Shown: positions 37,864-51,400 of the stretch, one piece after another
How positions within the stretch are numbered: the stretch's first letter is position 1
Layout: each line of letters begins with the position of its first letter
Origin: Tubulanus polymorphus
Lineage: Eukaryota > Animalia > Nemertea
NCBI RefSeq assembly: GCF_964204645.1
Contig: NC_134031.1
Coordinates: 14,433,807-14,497,806 of the forward strand
Direction of reading: 5' to 3'
DNA length: 64,000 nt
Made by a program: the position numbers and the translations under genes
Notes under the pieces: model-generated
The model's database searches: none
Told to the model about the DNA's origin: nothing
The model's input: the letters and a program-made list of their open reading frames with translations, nothing else

Positions 37864-40106
37864 TAGATTTGCAGGCCAGACTCGTTGTTGACCAAAGTTC
37901 TGTAAGTGAATTGCTTTAAAGTAATAGATATTGATGAAACAATATCATAAATTTTGAAGTGAGTTATTTTGTAATAATCAATTTTAAGTGCACACCGATG
38001 CGTGCTAAATTCTTATAAATTCATTTATAAATTTTATTTATTTATTTTTCCCCTCCTCGCTTATTCATTCTATATTAGTTTTACTAATGAACATCATAGT
38101 AACTTGTGCCCTAATGTCAATAAGCAGCGATTGGGTGCCGCCTCTCTGTGTAAATCTCGCACGAAAGAATTAACTCGATTAGAGCCGCTGAAAACGTATT
38201 TCTTTGCAGCCTAGAGTTTATGCATACATGTTCTAAATCAAACCTATATGCTCTATATCAGAACCTATACTAAAACATGAACCCTGAATTCGTTCAAGAG
38301 TCGGCGGCTTAAGGCGCGTTCACACGACGAAATTTAGACCGGTCTAAATTTGGTCCGGTCCAATTTAGAAAACGTTGTATTCGCGACAGTTGTATTAGAC
38401 GCTCCTTTAGTTTCGATAAATCTACGGGCCGACTACAGTCGGAGCGCGAGGATCGTATATGTCAATAAATGCAGATCGTGGCTAAATGGCTTTCTGCACA
38501 GCTCATATACTCATAAAAATTGCAAACTTCCTTTCATTTCTAAACACTTTTATTAATCCACTATTAATAATCATCAAACTCGATTTCGTAGACACCAAAA
38601 TATTCGTTCTGAAACACTTAAATCCAGTTGAAAGAAATTTTCTATTATGATCATCGCCCTAAAATTTAGAACAGTTCAGATACATCATTGAAAATATTAC
38701 CATCTCTCGACATTTTATAGAAAGCATTTGAAAGACAAACTACTTCCCTCTTGGGACCTGATCTTCAGTTAAATCCTCACAATATATGATATGATTATTG
38801 CTTATCATACCTTGTGATAGGATTGTTACATGATTTTTTGAAACATCTTCTTTGGGTGATATGTACCACTAACTAAGTTTTATCTCCCCTGCTGTTTAGT
38901 AATAACATTATATATTGTATAACACTTTTTAATCATATTTCATTTTCTCGTCTTCATTGCACTAAATTGTATATCTTGTTGTTATTTACAGGAAATAAAG
39001 ATAATGATAATGAAATGATAATATTTTGGTGATTAAGCCACGAATGATAAACATAAGGCCCGCATTGTGACAGAGACCTTTACTGACCATCGTGTATCAT
39101 TGTATACCCGCTGTTTAGTTGTATCTCGTGTATAGAACTGAACCTCGCACGGAGAGCCGCCATCAGTATCAATAAACGTGACCTTTTGTCGTACATGTCA
39201 ACCAGTTTTGCGACAGAACAATCCAACAAAACCGATCTGTGTTAAAAACTGGCCGGCTTTAGAACAATCTAAATCCGACCTGTTTGTTCATTCTAAAGAT
39301 TGTGCATGAGTGATCCGTGGAAGGTTTAATGGTCGTGTTCATGTTTCCACATCACAACATGATGATAATCCAACCACAAAAACTGCCACAATTGCAAGTT
39401 TTTGATTTTAGCCTCTACATGTAAATTGTACGCCAATTGCACGTTTCTGCGAAAGCTTTACCAAGAATCTAGAGGTTAATTCGACATCAATTTAGGCTCG
39501 AATTGGGACGAATCGTGTTTATATTTGTAACACCACTTGACAGGTTTTCAGAATTTCTAGAATATATGGATTTAATGCAGTTCTCTAAAGGCTGGCTTAT
39601 GTCGACAAGCAACGCGACGCATACCGACGCAACTATCGCCGATTAGCGGCAACTAGCGGCCTACGAACTCATTCACCTGATGAAGCTTCTATTCGTCTCG
39701 TTACTTATTTTAAACCTGGTTAACACGGCTACTCTATGAAAATTCTCCCGTCCATGTATACAACAATACACTACAATTTTATAGGCGGCCTATCGTGGAT
39801 AAATATGTGATTTCCTGTGCCCTAAACTGGCAGAAAATGCGTCTTATTGCGTGAGTGAGGGATTTACCGAGATTATCGCTGTGGCACTCAGAATGAACCA
39901 AATTTCTCAAAACTGTTTCTATTAACTCTCTACTGAAAACTATAATCATTTGCGTGATAATAAGACAACCGCAGCTTTAAAACATTCAATTATCATTTAA
40001 CGCCATTATTTGCATTCTAACACTTTCTGGTCTAACCATACGTCTGGAGACACCTTCACAAATCATCACCTGTCTTCACAGTTTGCAGCTTCCATAAGCA
40101 GTATAA

Positions 40107-40330
40107 GCCACTATCACACGAGTGATTTTGGCCGGTGCCAAATTTGGGCCGAAACAACTGTTTACACGGGGGCCAAATGAGCCCGTACCGGTACCTGTTT
40201 TGCCCTGCCAAAACCGTCGTACCAGGCCCGAGCCAAATTTTAGCACAGGTCAAATTATTGAGTGCGCGGGTCAAATTTGACTCGGACCTGATCTGCGCCA
40301 ATTTGGCCTGGGCCAAATCGTCTCCGTGTG
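40107..40330. mobile_element. PIF/Harbinger-like MITE, degenerate
   Basis: TAA then GCCACTATCACACGAG...GATTTTGGCC at the left and GGCCAAATCGTCTCCGTGTGA at the right. A similar terminus TTAAGGCGCGTTCACACG lies at 38310. Confidence 0.5.
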
Positions 40331-40339
40331 ATCCGTGTG

Positions 40340-40570
40340 ATCGTAGTAATCCATAATCCCATCATCTTACGTTCTGATTCTCTGATTATTTACCTAGTCG
40401 CTTACTAATTAATCATTCTTAATCAATCTTGTCATTCATTAATTCGATTGTAATCAACGTGGCCACTATGTAGTCTCCAATTAGTGTTACTCTCCATATA
40501 AGTACTCTGTTGTTTTCACCATTGAATTAACTCATTTACCTGATGAAGCTACTCTATACGCTAGAAGTAC
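40340..40570 (+). mobile_element. Penelope-like pseudo-LTR remnant with the 5' half of a hammerhead motif (CTGATGAAGCTAC)
   Basis: ACTCATTTACCTGATGAAGCTACT near 40530-40553, preceded by a TATA-like CATATAAG. Related copies at 39668 (ACTCATTCACCTGATGAAGCTTCT) and 44660 (TATTTACCTGATGAACCTACT). The 3' GAAA half is missing. Confidence 0.45.
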
Positions 40571-40589
40571 GATCGACAAGTACTAAATT

Positions 40590-40822
40590 TGTCTTTTTCC
40601 AGGAATCCAGAGCTAGATACATCCCGGAGCGTTATTGGAGATTCCCCAATAACGTAAAGTTGTATGATTTGTTCAACTCAAATTTCTTAAAAAAACTGGC
40701 GTTGTATATACGCAAATGCTTAATACATTTCTAATGTTAAATGTTGCAATGTCTATTGTAAATTAATTTTGTGCTCTGTGCAATTGTATAATTGTGGAGT
40801 AAATAAACTAATTGTAATTGTA
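40590..40822 (+). mobile_element. 3' end of an RTE-X-like LINE
   Basis: ESRARYIPERYWRFPNNVKLYDLFNSNFLKKLALYIRKCL parallels the C-terminus of the 9.9-14.1-kb element. AATAAA followed by (TAATTG)n. Confidence 0.7.
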
Positions 40823-41798
40823 AATTTACGTTTACTGATCCTACGTTCTACGACGGATGCTTAGCTTTGAAAAGATCAGTTTTGTTTTCGAATATTCGTC
40901 GGAAAAAAATGAATATTGAATTATTACTCGATCTATACTCAATCGATACCAACAGCTGTGGCGTTATAATTAAAAGCGTTTAATTACGTATTAATTAAAG
41001 GCCGGGCCGTACTTGACGGAAACTATTTCACTATTAACTACTTAACTTTATCGAAAGGGTCCGTAATTAGTAATAAAGTTGTACAAAAATAGCCGACTGC
41101 TGTCTGGCTCACGATCGCACTGGTTTTATTGACTTCGAGCTAATCGCGGAATCAGAAAGAACGCAATAGATTGTCTCTAGACTAATAAAACAATTGGATT
41201 GGGGAACTCGGTAGCGTTAAGCCTGTAGCTGTTATTCTTTCAACGAGTTGCTTTTCCTGACAAATTTAGTATACGGTGCAGTCGTCGTAAAGCAGAATCT
41301 TCAATATCTAATATTCTATCCAAATAAACCGCAGTCGGAAACAACACATTTTAAACGTTTTAAAGGTCTCGTTTTAAGATCTTAATGTTATCGTGATTCT
41401 AATAACTTCAATAACTTTAATAAATTAATTACTTATTGAGGGCTTGAAAATTACTCTTAGTGTTTTTGATAACTTAAGCCTAGCTGGGCTAAAAATAAAA
41501 ACAATTTGAGAGAACCTCTTAAACGCAAATATCCGCTGTTCATCAGAGTTTACAAATTCAGAATAAATACCACGACAATTTTTCGATATGCTTGAATTCG
41601 ATTGTACTTATTTTTCGATAAATCGAAAGAAAAAGTAGCAACGTCGGCGAATTTTCACTTTCAGCTTTAACGAATGATGTGAAGAGCGAATTGGAAGTGT
41701 CGAAGAAAAGGTTTCTGACAATTGTTCGCAGATGTTTATATGTGGTAATTGGAGGCATTGTGGCGATACTTGACCGAACACTTGTTAGTTCTTATTTC

Positions 41799-41867
41799 TA
41801 TATAATATGAAAGCACGTTTATAGTTGCAGCCACTTTGATATCAATTGAGGTTTACATCCGAACCGG
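41799..41867 (+). promoter_or_regulatory. Putative TATA promoter and non-coding first exon of the vWA gene
   Basis: TATATAA at 41799-41805, Inr-like ATAGTT near 41821, donor GTAAGC at 41868, and acceptor AG at 42445-42446 just before ATG 42463. Confidence 0.5.
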
Positions 41868-41994
41868 GTAAGCAATTTATTGTTGTCTTTCATTGTTAAT
41901 ATGTCTTATAAAAACGCTATCATCAGTTTCTGGACCCAGTTCATAAATGGTTTTCTTAATACGGGTTTTTTAGTTTGTGGTAGAAATTAAATGA

Positions 41995-42248
41995 ACTTAG
42001 GCTGGTCTTAAGTTGTTAAATTGGCTATAGGAACAAATTAGCTTTGACCGGTCTAAGGTTTTTAGATTTGGCTACAAAACCAAAGTAAGCTTAGACTGGT
42101 CTGAAGTTGTTAAATTAGCTATAGAAACAAAATACGGGCTTAGGCTGGTCTGAAGTTGTTAGATTGGCTAAAAAACCATAGTGAGTTGAGCCTGTTTTCA
42201 GGTTGTTAGATTGGTTATAGAGATAAAATGAGGTTTAACTGGTCTTGA
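41995..42248. repeat. About 48-bp diverged tandem repeat (TTAGGCTGGTCTTAAGTTGTTAGATTGGCTATAG..), about 5 units
   Basis: Directly visible. Related sequence at 18430-18530 (inverted) and 57040-57090. Confidence 0.75.
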
Positions 42249-42462
42249 CCGTGCATCAGTCCAATGTAGCAACAAAATCGACAGTGTTAAGTTAAAATCT
42301 AGTCAATTATTACAAAATGAACTTAATTTATATAGAGAAACTCTAACTCTGAAAGACTGCGTCCAAATGGGAAAAGGGTATTTCTTACATACGTAAAATA
42401 CAGATGAAATTTATGGATAAGTGATGTTTCTTTTTTTGATGATTAGACGATAAGTAACAAAG

Positions 42463-45400
42463 ATGAATTTGTTATCCGTTGTGGTTGTAGCTGTATCAAT
42501 TCTAGCAGGATTTGCTTCGTGTAAGTAGAAATTTTGAAATTTCGATCTTGAATATAATTCGGATGAATGCAATTTTTCGAAAGAAAATACATACCCTTGG
42601 CTCTCATTATGTCATTAGATGCAGTTCTTTTTGATCAAATCATTACTATACATCCACGCTATCTTGTAGTAGTAGAATTCATTGAATAAGATGTATTTTG
42701 TATGAACTAGTATATATGCACCTTCATGGTCTGAAGCAAGTCATCCTCTATGAGCAGGGATTCGAACCTGATGGTATAAAATGGCTAGACTCAGCCGCGA
42801 TACGGTACCCTGTAACACTAGACCGGGTGCGCGGGTTTGCCACAAGAAAGCGGAGCTAATCAGAGTGAATGTCTTTTGTATTATCACTGAGGCAAATTTC
42901 ATTGAAGAACTATAAATCGGAAAGCCCGGCCTATAATAAAACGGGACTTCTGATTAGCTTATAATGACATTATTTAAGCTGCGCACCTGATCTTGTGTGG
43001 CAGGGTTTCGTACCGTAGCAATCTCGATGCCAAAAAGTTCGAATCCCTGCCGAGGGAGGATGGAAGCAAATAAATTGAATGGAGATGTTTTTAAAAAAAT
43101 GTGCTTTAAAATAAACAAATAACAATTAACCTATTCCAGGTGAGAAATTCGCTCAGCCATTAGACATCGTGGTGATAATTGCCGACAATGAATTGACCGG
43201 ACCTAAGGGTATCGATCAAGCGAAAACGTTCCTAAAAGGTCTCCTCAATTCGGTGAAAATATCTCAATCGGCCGTCAGAATATTCTCAGTACTGATGAAG
43301 AAGAGTATGGCCACCATGAGGCCCGAATACGGAGCGCGTAAGTACCACATGAAAGAGTTTATTCTATGTTTTGTTACTATTTCATATGTTTTTCTTTAAA
43401 TCTTAGAATAAGGATTGATCGTTTTATTTATTTGATTGGTAGATTTCGTTTGATTTTCTTTCTTTGATTTGGCGTCCCTTGCAACTCGCCACACCTGCCA
43501 GGATCCAAACTTGATTTTGAAATCGGAAATCGAAGTACAGATATAGTTATGTGATCGGCGGTCGGGTTTACAGATTTGATTTTGTTTAAATCGAAGTCCA
43601 TGTAAAAAAATTCGATTCCGGTTCATTCAAACGATCTTCCAACCAGCTTGATCCGACTGATGGGGGTCAACTCTTATTCACAACTACGAGTAATTGCTCG
43701 TAGCTCACAACTATATGGATTTTGAATTTTCATTTGGATTGAGGGTTTACATTTGAAGTTTCCGAAACATTTGAAATGAACAAATTATAATTCTTGGACA
43801 CAAACTTAACAAGCGTCTGTAAAACTGGATCCTTTTTACGTCAAGCGTCGCCTTACTCGGACAAACAAACTGGGACTGGCAAAATTGGTCCACGGTAGGC
43901 TTAGCCCGAGTTCAGCATTCGATACGTTTCAGAAAAATGATTTCGTTTTTCAGAAATCTGGGTTAGGCGAGGTGTATCATTCTTATCTCTCATTTCAATC
44001 AATGCCATTTCATTTTGTGTCCACCCTGAAATACCACCACATGAGTTATAATTCCTTCGAAAAAATTCCTAATGGTCAATCGTCTAAGAAATATATTCTC
44101 TTTCCTCAGAGGACAGCTTGGCTGAACAGTATGCTAAACTATACGTGGCTGACGTTGATAAATTTGTGGTCTATGAAAAGTCGCCGACCAGTTTCGATCA
44201 CATGACTCAATTTCTGGGAATGTTACTGCTGCAACATTTCATGGAACGGAACACGCCAGCTCCTAAACTCCTGATCATCGTAGGTAAGTACGTGCACGAC
44301 CTTAATAGGGAATGTCGATTTCGACTACTACCCGCAGTTGGATTCGCCCACATGCCGAGAAGAGTTTTAGCTGAGCCGTACGCGTTTACCTGGTGTAAAA
44401 TCAATACACTCTAAGACGGTAGTGATGTGTAGATTATACCAGGGACTCTAAAACGACAGTCCATGAGTACGCGTACTGTGTAGATTATACCAGCGACTCT
44501 AAAACGACAGTCCACGAGTATATGTAATGATTCTACAAGAATAAGAAATTACGAACATAGAGCAGCTTTATCGAGCAGATAAATGAACAGGGAATAATAG
44601 TTAATAGGGAAATAACTGTATTTAAAGTGGAGGCGCTGTTTCTTCAGCAACTTCACCTATTTACCTGATGAACCTACTATAAATACTCTAATTAGCGAGT
44701 GTTTCCTAAATGAAATCAGTTAACCTCCATCGCAGCATAACTTGTTAAAACGTTTATCATTTTGACACCAGGTTAGCAGGTCATCTTCTTTACAACTGTG
44801 GTACTCTGCTTCTCCTTATATACACCGTTTTTCCTCAATTAACCAGTCAAATCTGGTGATTTATAATAAAATCAGTTAACGAATGAATCAGACCACGCCT
44901 ATACTCCCTAAACGCACAATCGCTGTATTTTGACAGGATTTATACGGAAAAACATTTTATTTCCCTGATTCCCAATTCGGTACTCGGTCACTTAGCGCGA
45001 AATATCAATTTCCGTCAGTATTTCATTTTTAAGTATTCTACGTAATTTCTGTTTTTGCGCAGGTAATCCGGGAACTTCAGAAGAGAAATCCTGGAATTCC
45101 CTGATGATTGAACTATGGAAGAACTACATCACTAAATATTTCACGACTGTTTTGATACCGTGCGCCCGAACAAAACCGGACCCCGCGTTTATCAGCAGTT
45201 TGGGAAAAATTACGACGCTTTCTGCTGGTGCGACTTTCGCTAACATTGCGCCGTCAATTCCGAAAACAGCCGGGGCTGCTTTACCAGACGGATGGTTCAT
45301 TCCTGACAAATATTTTCCCTTACAAAGTATGTAGGCCCCACTGATATTATGAAATCCTATTCTAAGAACAAAAAGAGCTCTGAAATGTCGCCTTGAGCTG

Positions 45401-48400
45401 ATAACAGTTTATTCAACAGTATATATTAGCTATCTTCAGGAATATCAGAGGGATGTAGTCGAAACGCTGAATAAACTTTTAGCTCGGTGAATCATTTTGG
45501 AATTATTTCCACTAATGAATAAACGAGTGTTTCGTCAATGGTAATTAAATTAAGTCATGGTTTTTACAAAAAGCCGATATTCCTGGCACGAGGCTCTCTA
45601 CCGCACTATAAGGGCTCAATGGAATGGGATCGGTGACTATGTGGGAGGGGTTGTTAAACCTGGGGGAGGATATCTTAACGGATTGAGTGAGATAATTTTT
45701 CTGTATTGTTTTTTGTTTTATTTTTTATTTTCAGTGTTCGCATTCACAGATAAACGTGAGTTCAAGGGATATTATATTTCAACATTCAGAAATATTTCTA
45801 TGAAAAGACTGTAGTGAACTGATGTAAATCTCAGTATAGTTAACGAATAAAAACCCGACAGTAGATTAGGAAACAAACTGTTTCTACAAATCTACCGTGG
45901 GTTTTTATTCGATATCTATGAAACTTGTCATTTACAGCGGAAAACATTTTTCTTTCTTGAAAACACGCTGATCTTGGCTGTTATTTTCCTATCTGCAATA
46001 ATGTGTAGCTGGTTCATTCTCTATCATTCTCATTTCTGATATTATCGATGATATCTCGATATATTACAATATCATCATTTTTTCAGTGATTCCGGAGAAA
46101 TATCGTAAAGTTCCCGATAAATATTTGAAACCGATTCCGATACGAGTGACGCAATCGAGTTCAACGAGCATGACGTCACAAATTGACGTGTCGAAAAAAG
46201 GTAGGAAGAAAAATGATATCTAAATTCTTGATTTTCTGAATTGAGAATTTTGGTCGAAAGACAAAATACATAAAATCCGCGCACACTAAAAACAAAATGA
46301 ATCTCAAATTTAGTTTGTTTGACGTATCGACTATCCGAATAGTCGTCATCGGGAATACAGCATTTCTAAGTTAGGATTTGACTTAAATAGTGTAAAATGA
46401 ACTAATTTCAACCCGGAGTTACCCCCCATTTTATTCATACATGCTCTAACTCACTGGGTCCTAAAGACGACTATAAGGATATAATTTTAACGCCAAACGC
46501 TCGACTTGTGAGAGTGTGAAATGTCGTGTCTTTCTGATTTTAATTTTCGATGAATGAAAATTAGCTTTTAATGGTGTCTATAGGGGTTTTAAACTTGTCA
46601 TCTGTTCTCCACGTCAGAGAGTGTACGGCCATTCTACCATAAGCTCGAGGAAGCATTTCGGGCCCATTTCTTTCTCAATGTGAGAATTTAATACGATCGT
46701 CACAACTCGACCCAGGGTGGCTCATCAAAGGTTAATGAGCACAACCATACTTTATCTCTTTCTCTCCATTGCAGTTAAAAAACGTTTCGATATGTTGATA
46801 TTTTTGGACCGATCCGAATTCACCGGCGAAAAAAAATTCAATGAAATCGTCGCAACGATTAAACAACTCATTAAAACCTACTGGATCTCGCCGTCACACG
46901 CCAGATTCTGGATATTCGATTTGAAAGGTCACCAGATGATTATCTATCCCCTCGGGTATTACGGACCGAACGCCGACAGCACTGAACTACAAAGCGCCTG
47001 GACCGCAACTTACCTATCGTTCGTCGACAATATTAAATACAGTAAAGGTGTCGCTACCGATATGTATATCATGTCGCAGTTCATGTTCTGGGTCGTCAGT
47101 AACGTTCAGGGTAGGTAGAATTTCTCCCTGGTCGAATATATACTACTTAGAGTCTTATTCGTATTTACTGCTCATCGATAGAAATTTAATCCTGCACTGA
47201 CAATCTATACAAAAATAATTCATAAGTCGATTAGACCGAGATCATCGGTGACAGGTTATTGGTTGGAGTGAAATTAAAGATAAACAAATCTTGTCATATA
47301 AAATGAATACGGCCACTTCCATAAAATCCCCTAACATTGATTCTTTAGATTTGACTATGTTGTGATTACGTCGTAGGGAGATTTTATAGAGGTGGCCATA
47401 CTTTCGGCAGAACAGTGGATACATTAATGTGATGACGATGTTTCTATGGGATTTAGTTTATAACTGTCGAATAGTTGAACGTCCCAATCGTTGATGTCGT
47501 CATCACATAGGGCGAGCCGATAAAACCCGTTAGATTTTGGCGTGGTCGCCTCGTGGTCTACTGTCCTAGTTGTCCGCTAGATTGAGATCTAGTCGAAGGT
47601 AGTTGCTCAAACTGCACCGGCACGTTTTGGTGCCGCCCTACATATAGTCAAACACTGATAGGTGGTGATGGTTAAGAGCAGTGCCAGAAGTTACGCGCGC
47701 TCATCGGGGATCAAATCCGGGTCTCATACGTGGAAAGCAAGCGTGGTAGCCAGTAGATCAATAGAACTAGTCCACTTGGCCAGTGGTTATAAGGCTTGTC
47801 CTATATGTGTAACTTTGATACTTCCCCAAGCCGCAAAAGTTTTTCTTTTAAATTCACCAGCGAAAAGGTGGAGGTTAATTCAGTATTGTCACAGCTAGCT
47901 ACAAGAAACTTACTTTTTTAACCTCGATTTTGTTCATAATTTCTCTTTAAGGGGGAATATGGCGGCCGCAGTCGACCACACCGACACCGCGTGTCGTACT
48001 CATGATGGGATCGTTCAAACCGAAAACCGACGCAAAGAACAAGGAAATATCGGCTATATTTAGCGGACTGAGGCCGTACGTGTTTTTCACTCTGGTACCG
48101 ATCGCTCAAACTTCAGCAGATCAGAAATTCTATACTCTACTAGCATCGGCTAATCTCGGTAAACCAGGGATGGACGTAACGGCAATTATGACCTTCATCG
48201 GAACTATGATCACGAAAGCACCCAGTACGTACAATACGGCCTATTCGAGACCCTTCCGAACGTTTTTCCAAAAATTCCAATTTTTAGAAAAATGGCTGCC
48301 ACCAAATACTTAAAGATGTCTAACAATCAATATTGTTTTCATGTGAATAAAAATCTCTTTTCAAAATGGCGGCCTGCGTGAATTCTACATCATATATTGT

Positions 48401-51400
48401 CTGAACAACCAGGCTAACATTCGAAACCTCTAGAGTAGAAACTCCTATATTCTAAAAAATGGCAAGCTGCACGATAATTGTTAAAATGATATCGTTGACA
48501 TTTCCAAACATTTCCAGCTCTTTTACTTCAAACTGTAAGAATGACAATTTGTAAAAAAAAATGGTGACGTGCATGACTATCATAATGACATCATCGAAAT
48601 TTCTCCCAAAACCAATTTTTGGTATTGGAATTAGATTTTGAATATTTTTCGATTCAGATATTCATAGACAAAATTTATTCTTTTAAATTTTCTAGAAACA
48701 CCAAAAACGATTCCGACGAATGGAATTTTGTTTCCGAACCAAAATAAGTACATCACAATGCAAAGTAAGTTTTCATTCATTTATTTCTTTATTTTCTCCA
48801 TTAATTTGTACATGTGAGTTTAGAACATTCGTTCAATAACCTATCTATATTTTCAGTAAACGTTATGCAAATTCTTCGTAAGTACGAAATGATTGTTTAA
48901 TCATACTTGCATATTCGTTTTTTTTCAATCTAATTAATAATTTCTATTAGAAGAAAAATCATCGGTCATCGAGTTTTTTAAGTCGTTGAAGTATTCCAAA
49001 AATCTTTCAATTCTTTCAAAATAATTTTACCCGTGACTTTGAACTGAATATGTTTTGACATTGGTGTTAAGGTGAAGTGCACAAGAGCATCCAAAGTGCA
49101 TTACCCAGTAAAGGCGCTCAAGTGGCACCAACTCAGACCACACAAGTAACATTGAAAGGTAATACATGTATTTTAATTCGAACATCTGTTTTATCTGTTG
49201 AAGGCATGATACTAGAATTTTTATTGAAAGCAAGCACCCACCAGTAACACAAGGTTTTGGTTAAGATAAACTCTGAGGATACGATCAGATCATTCCCAAT
49301 GTTTGTCTAGGTCCCGATTCCGAATGTTCGGTTAAAATTTGAAATTATAATCGTTTCCAGTTTTCCAGTTCTCTAGAGTCACATTTTCACCGAGAATTCT
49401 GGAACTGAATCCTCAAGTATAGAATATGATAGAAATGGTATATATATATATTCTATATATATTCTAAGAAGCCTTACTCAGTTGTGCTAAATATGAACTC
49501 AAATCGATACCTTTGTTTTCTTCCCTGTGAGAAAATGAATTTGTGATAGAAATGAACGTTAGAAGAATCTTTTCCAGCTGATACAATATGCTTTATTCTT
49601 TAGAGTATATTCGCTCTCGTCTCCCGGTGTCTCTCCCTCTAGATTTCGGGGACCCTCCTTAGATAGCCACTCGCGAATCTACCACGTCGCGCAAGCGTTA
49701 ACTATGCCTAAATTCCCATTTGTGGTAACAGCAACTGTTTGAATTCGCCCTTTTCCAAGAATAATTTAATCAATTCAGTTTTCTGAGAAAGCGATAATGG
49801 TCCCTGGTAGCAACTGTAACTAATGTGAAAACCACATGCTGATCTGATATTAAAACAATGATTTGTGAAATTGACGACTCCAAAACTGAAAAGCCGAATT
49901 AGTTCGGTTCAAACATAATTTAGTGATGATACCAGGAACTGTGAAATTGTTCTAAATGATCTATAGCTGCGGTTACGCATGAATTATTGAATGAACATAA
50001 TTAAATTGTTTTCCTAATATCTGCCGCAATCTTTCAAAAATATACAAATGTTATTTTACTCGCTTGATAGAGGCACCCGAAACCAATGCGTTTTTCATTT
50101 CCGCAATCTCTGCAATCAAATTAGTTTATCCTGCATTACAGAAATCACGTCGCAGCTGATGTTCTTCATAGACAATTCACCAGAAACCAGTCCAGAAAAA
50201 GTGACCGAAATAATCAAAATCATCACGACTTTCATTCAAACTTATCGAATCGGACCGAAATTCGCAACTGTTTACATTTTCTACGTCGTCGATAAAACTC
50301 CGAAAGTAATTAAAGTAACGCAACAACAAAACATCGACTCGTATGTGAAAGAAATTAAAGCTATTCCTACAAAGAGTGACACACCAGATATTACATTCAT
50401 ATTGATGCGGTAAGAATATTGTCTCTATACTTATCCACAAGCTCTCGGGGAACAGGGTTCAAACGCCAATCCTTTTATACCAGAACAGTTAGGGGTACGC
50501 TCTACATGTAGACTGTGTCGGCGGAAAGAATCGAAGCCTTTTTGGGACTGCTCTCCCACCACAGCTGAGAGGAGAGAGGGTTCACTAATTATAAAAAAAA
50601 CTTTTTTGACGCCGTAAAAACCGTTACAATAATGTTAATGTACATTGATACCTAGTATGCGTTATGTGAGGGGTTCTGTGTGAGTCGATGTGCACTACCT
50701 CATCGATATTGGCATTTCCAAAATAACAACTACAATTGTGAATTTTGGCATTGATTTTGTAACTAAATATATTTCATAACTGTTATTTTATTTTCGATAA
50801 ATTATGATGAACATCTTTGAGAGGATGTGCACTACGTCATCAATATATTAGACTGGTTGCCAGTCAATTCAATTCAATTATTGATATATTCAAATCTAAC
50901 TTTAATGATACTTGACATTACATGTGTATATGATTGATATCATCGTCTTTATTGCTTATAGTATTAAGCAATATGTGTGTTGTTTTTCAAGGCGTCAATA
51001 AACTTTCAAGGTAGTTTTCTTGTGTTGTAAATTTGTAGATACTTTGTGCAAACGTTCCTGTCTGAAGTGAAACTAGAACCGACGATACCAAAGATTATAA
51101 CTCTATACGGTTCCGTCGCTCCGAAATCTCCGAAAGCGCAAACCGAATTCAAAACCATCATCTTACAAATGAAAACCTTTTTCTCCGTATCGGTCGTTCC
51201 CGTCGCCAAGACGACGAATATCGATTTCCTGAAAACCGTCGTCGGGCAGACTTTCGTGGTTACCATGCCTACGACGTTCGACGTAAAACAGATAGTCGTT
51301 AAAATGACGACGATTGTTCAGAAATTCACCGATGTTCAAAAAGGTAAAGATTTCCCACCAAAAAAGGCTCTGAAAAAAGGGTTATCACCTTAATTTCCAT

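Noticed and set aside
38685-39015. Possible CR1-type LINE 3' end (SLKILPSLDI / KHLKDKLL, AATAAA, GATAAT repeats)
   Set aside because: The motif is short and frameshifted; not enough support without a library search.
47660-47830. tRNA-like sequence with A/B-box-like motifs
   Set aside because: No cloverleaf or acceptor stem; probably a decayed SINE rather than a tRNA gene.
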